Assembly (NCBI GenBank): GCA_951406725.2
Contig: OX597828.1
Location: 69,192,001-69,256,000 of the forward strand
Direction of reading: 5' to 3'
DNA from: Octopus vulgaris
Lineage: Eukaryota
DNA: 64,000 nt
A program made the position numbers and the translations under genes. The notes under the pieces were generated by a model. It was not told the origin of the DNA. It worked only from the letters and a program-made list of their open reading frames with translations, and searched no databases. This document shows positions 61,946 through 64,000 of this stretch, piece after piece; the stretch's first letter is position 1, and every line of letters starts with the position of its first letter.

Positions 61946-62300
61946 CATCATCATCATCATCATCATCATTTAACATCTGTTGTCCATGCTGGCATGGGTT
62001 GGACAGTTTGACCAGGGATGGTAAGCTGGAAGGCTACACCAGACTGCAGTCTTTGACATTGTTTTCTACGACTGGATGCCCTTCCTAATGCCAACCTCTC
62101 CGAGAGTATAGTGGGTGCTTTTATGTGCCACCAGCACAGGTGCCATTTGCGTATCTGCCACGACTGCAATTTTGCTCGGTTTCATGGGTTTCCTTCTCAA
62201 ACACAACATAATGTCAGAAGTTTCGGTCTTTGCTTCTACGAGGCCCAACGCTCGAAAGGAACTCAGCCACTTTGCCTTCGGGGGGCCCAATGCTTGACAG
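61946..62300 (-). mobile_element. RTE-related SINE or LINE fragment with (TGA)n tail
   Basis: Minus strand GGTTGGCATTAGGAAGGGCATCCAGTCGTAGAAA; (TCA)n on + at 61946-61969. Confidence 0.6.
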
Positions 62301-63078
62301 ATGATATATTGTATTCAAAATGATTGCCGTTGATTTTAAACCCCATATCAGCCTTCACCAAATTTACGTATAATCAGAGTCAGTCAAGGCATGGCCACCC
62401 ACCCTGCGTGGTTACACAGTCTCTTATTTCTAGCAGGCCGAATGACCATGAATATGTTCTATTTGTGTTTAAAAGAATGTATATAGAGTGGTACATTGAT
62501 ATCCAATGGTATGTAAACTCTGGAATAATAATATATTTTGAAGAAATGAAACACAGCCGACTCATAAGTTAAAGATGCTGGAAAAGTATGTATGTATATC
62601 AAAGTATGTATGTATATCAAGAATATATGTTATATGGCATTTGATATTCCTGTCTAAATTGTTCTAATACATGTCATTGGCCATTCTGGGTTATCTCTCT
62701 TGTCCCGTTTTTGTTTAAACTATGAAAATTACCAAAGCCATAAAAGGAAGGGGGTCTACTCTTTTTTGTACAAGTCCAAGTTCCTTGGTTACTGGAGATA
62801 AGGACGGTCAACTGGCCTGCTAACTGGACAGTTATTGGGCCACAAACACACGTCTACGGCTTTCTTCTTGTCTCGAGACAATTAACATTTCCGTTTCTTT
62901 GATGTTGTCATATCAACTTTGGAGAATTTAGAATCTTCAGATTATCTCCCCTTCGCAAGTGGAGCTGATCTAAATTGCCATTTGGTATTTATGATGCAAC
63001 AGTCAACAATTTATGTTTTATAGTATTTGATATTTCTTACTATCTTTCTTTCTTTCATTCTTTTTCTTTGTGTGGGTG

Positions 63079-63876
<798 letters not shown>

Positions 63877-64000
63877 TGACTTTTGCTTTGTATTTGTTCA
63901 AGTTGGATTCAAGTCTCACCCAGAGACCTCAAGAGACAATAAGTTAGAAGTTCATGTTGGTGTTATGCCTAGGGTATCATATATTTGGTTTTACACATAG

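Overview
AT-rich, repeat-dominated animal genomic DNA. The huge (TA)n/(CATA)n/(TTA)n tracts and the SINE repertoire suggest a coleoid cephalopod, probably Octopus (inference). Almost all listed ORFs are microsatellite artefacts. One real gene is supported: a multi-exon ZNF474-like C2HC zinc-finger gene on + (phase-compatible exons 45917-46775, 53181-53488, 54579-54732, 63418-63619), continuing past the window. Mobile DNA includes a decayed Penelope-like element (RT plus GIY-YIG) that appears twice around a 100-N gap (probably an assembly overlap), R4/Dong, CR1 and RTE-related fragments, Helitron-like elements and several tRNA-derived SINE families. The main unexplained signal is 11 non-redundant hammerhead-ribozyme (HHR) motifs from about 7 unrelated small repeat families, with C-G, U-A and G-C alternatives at the core 3-8 pair. 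Two sit in circularly permuted units (364 nt and about 470 nt) resembling retrozymes or retrotransposed circular RNAs, and one of these is inserted inside the Penelope ORF. All structures were read by eye; none were folded or searched computationally.
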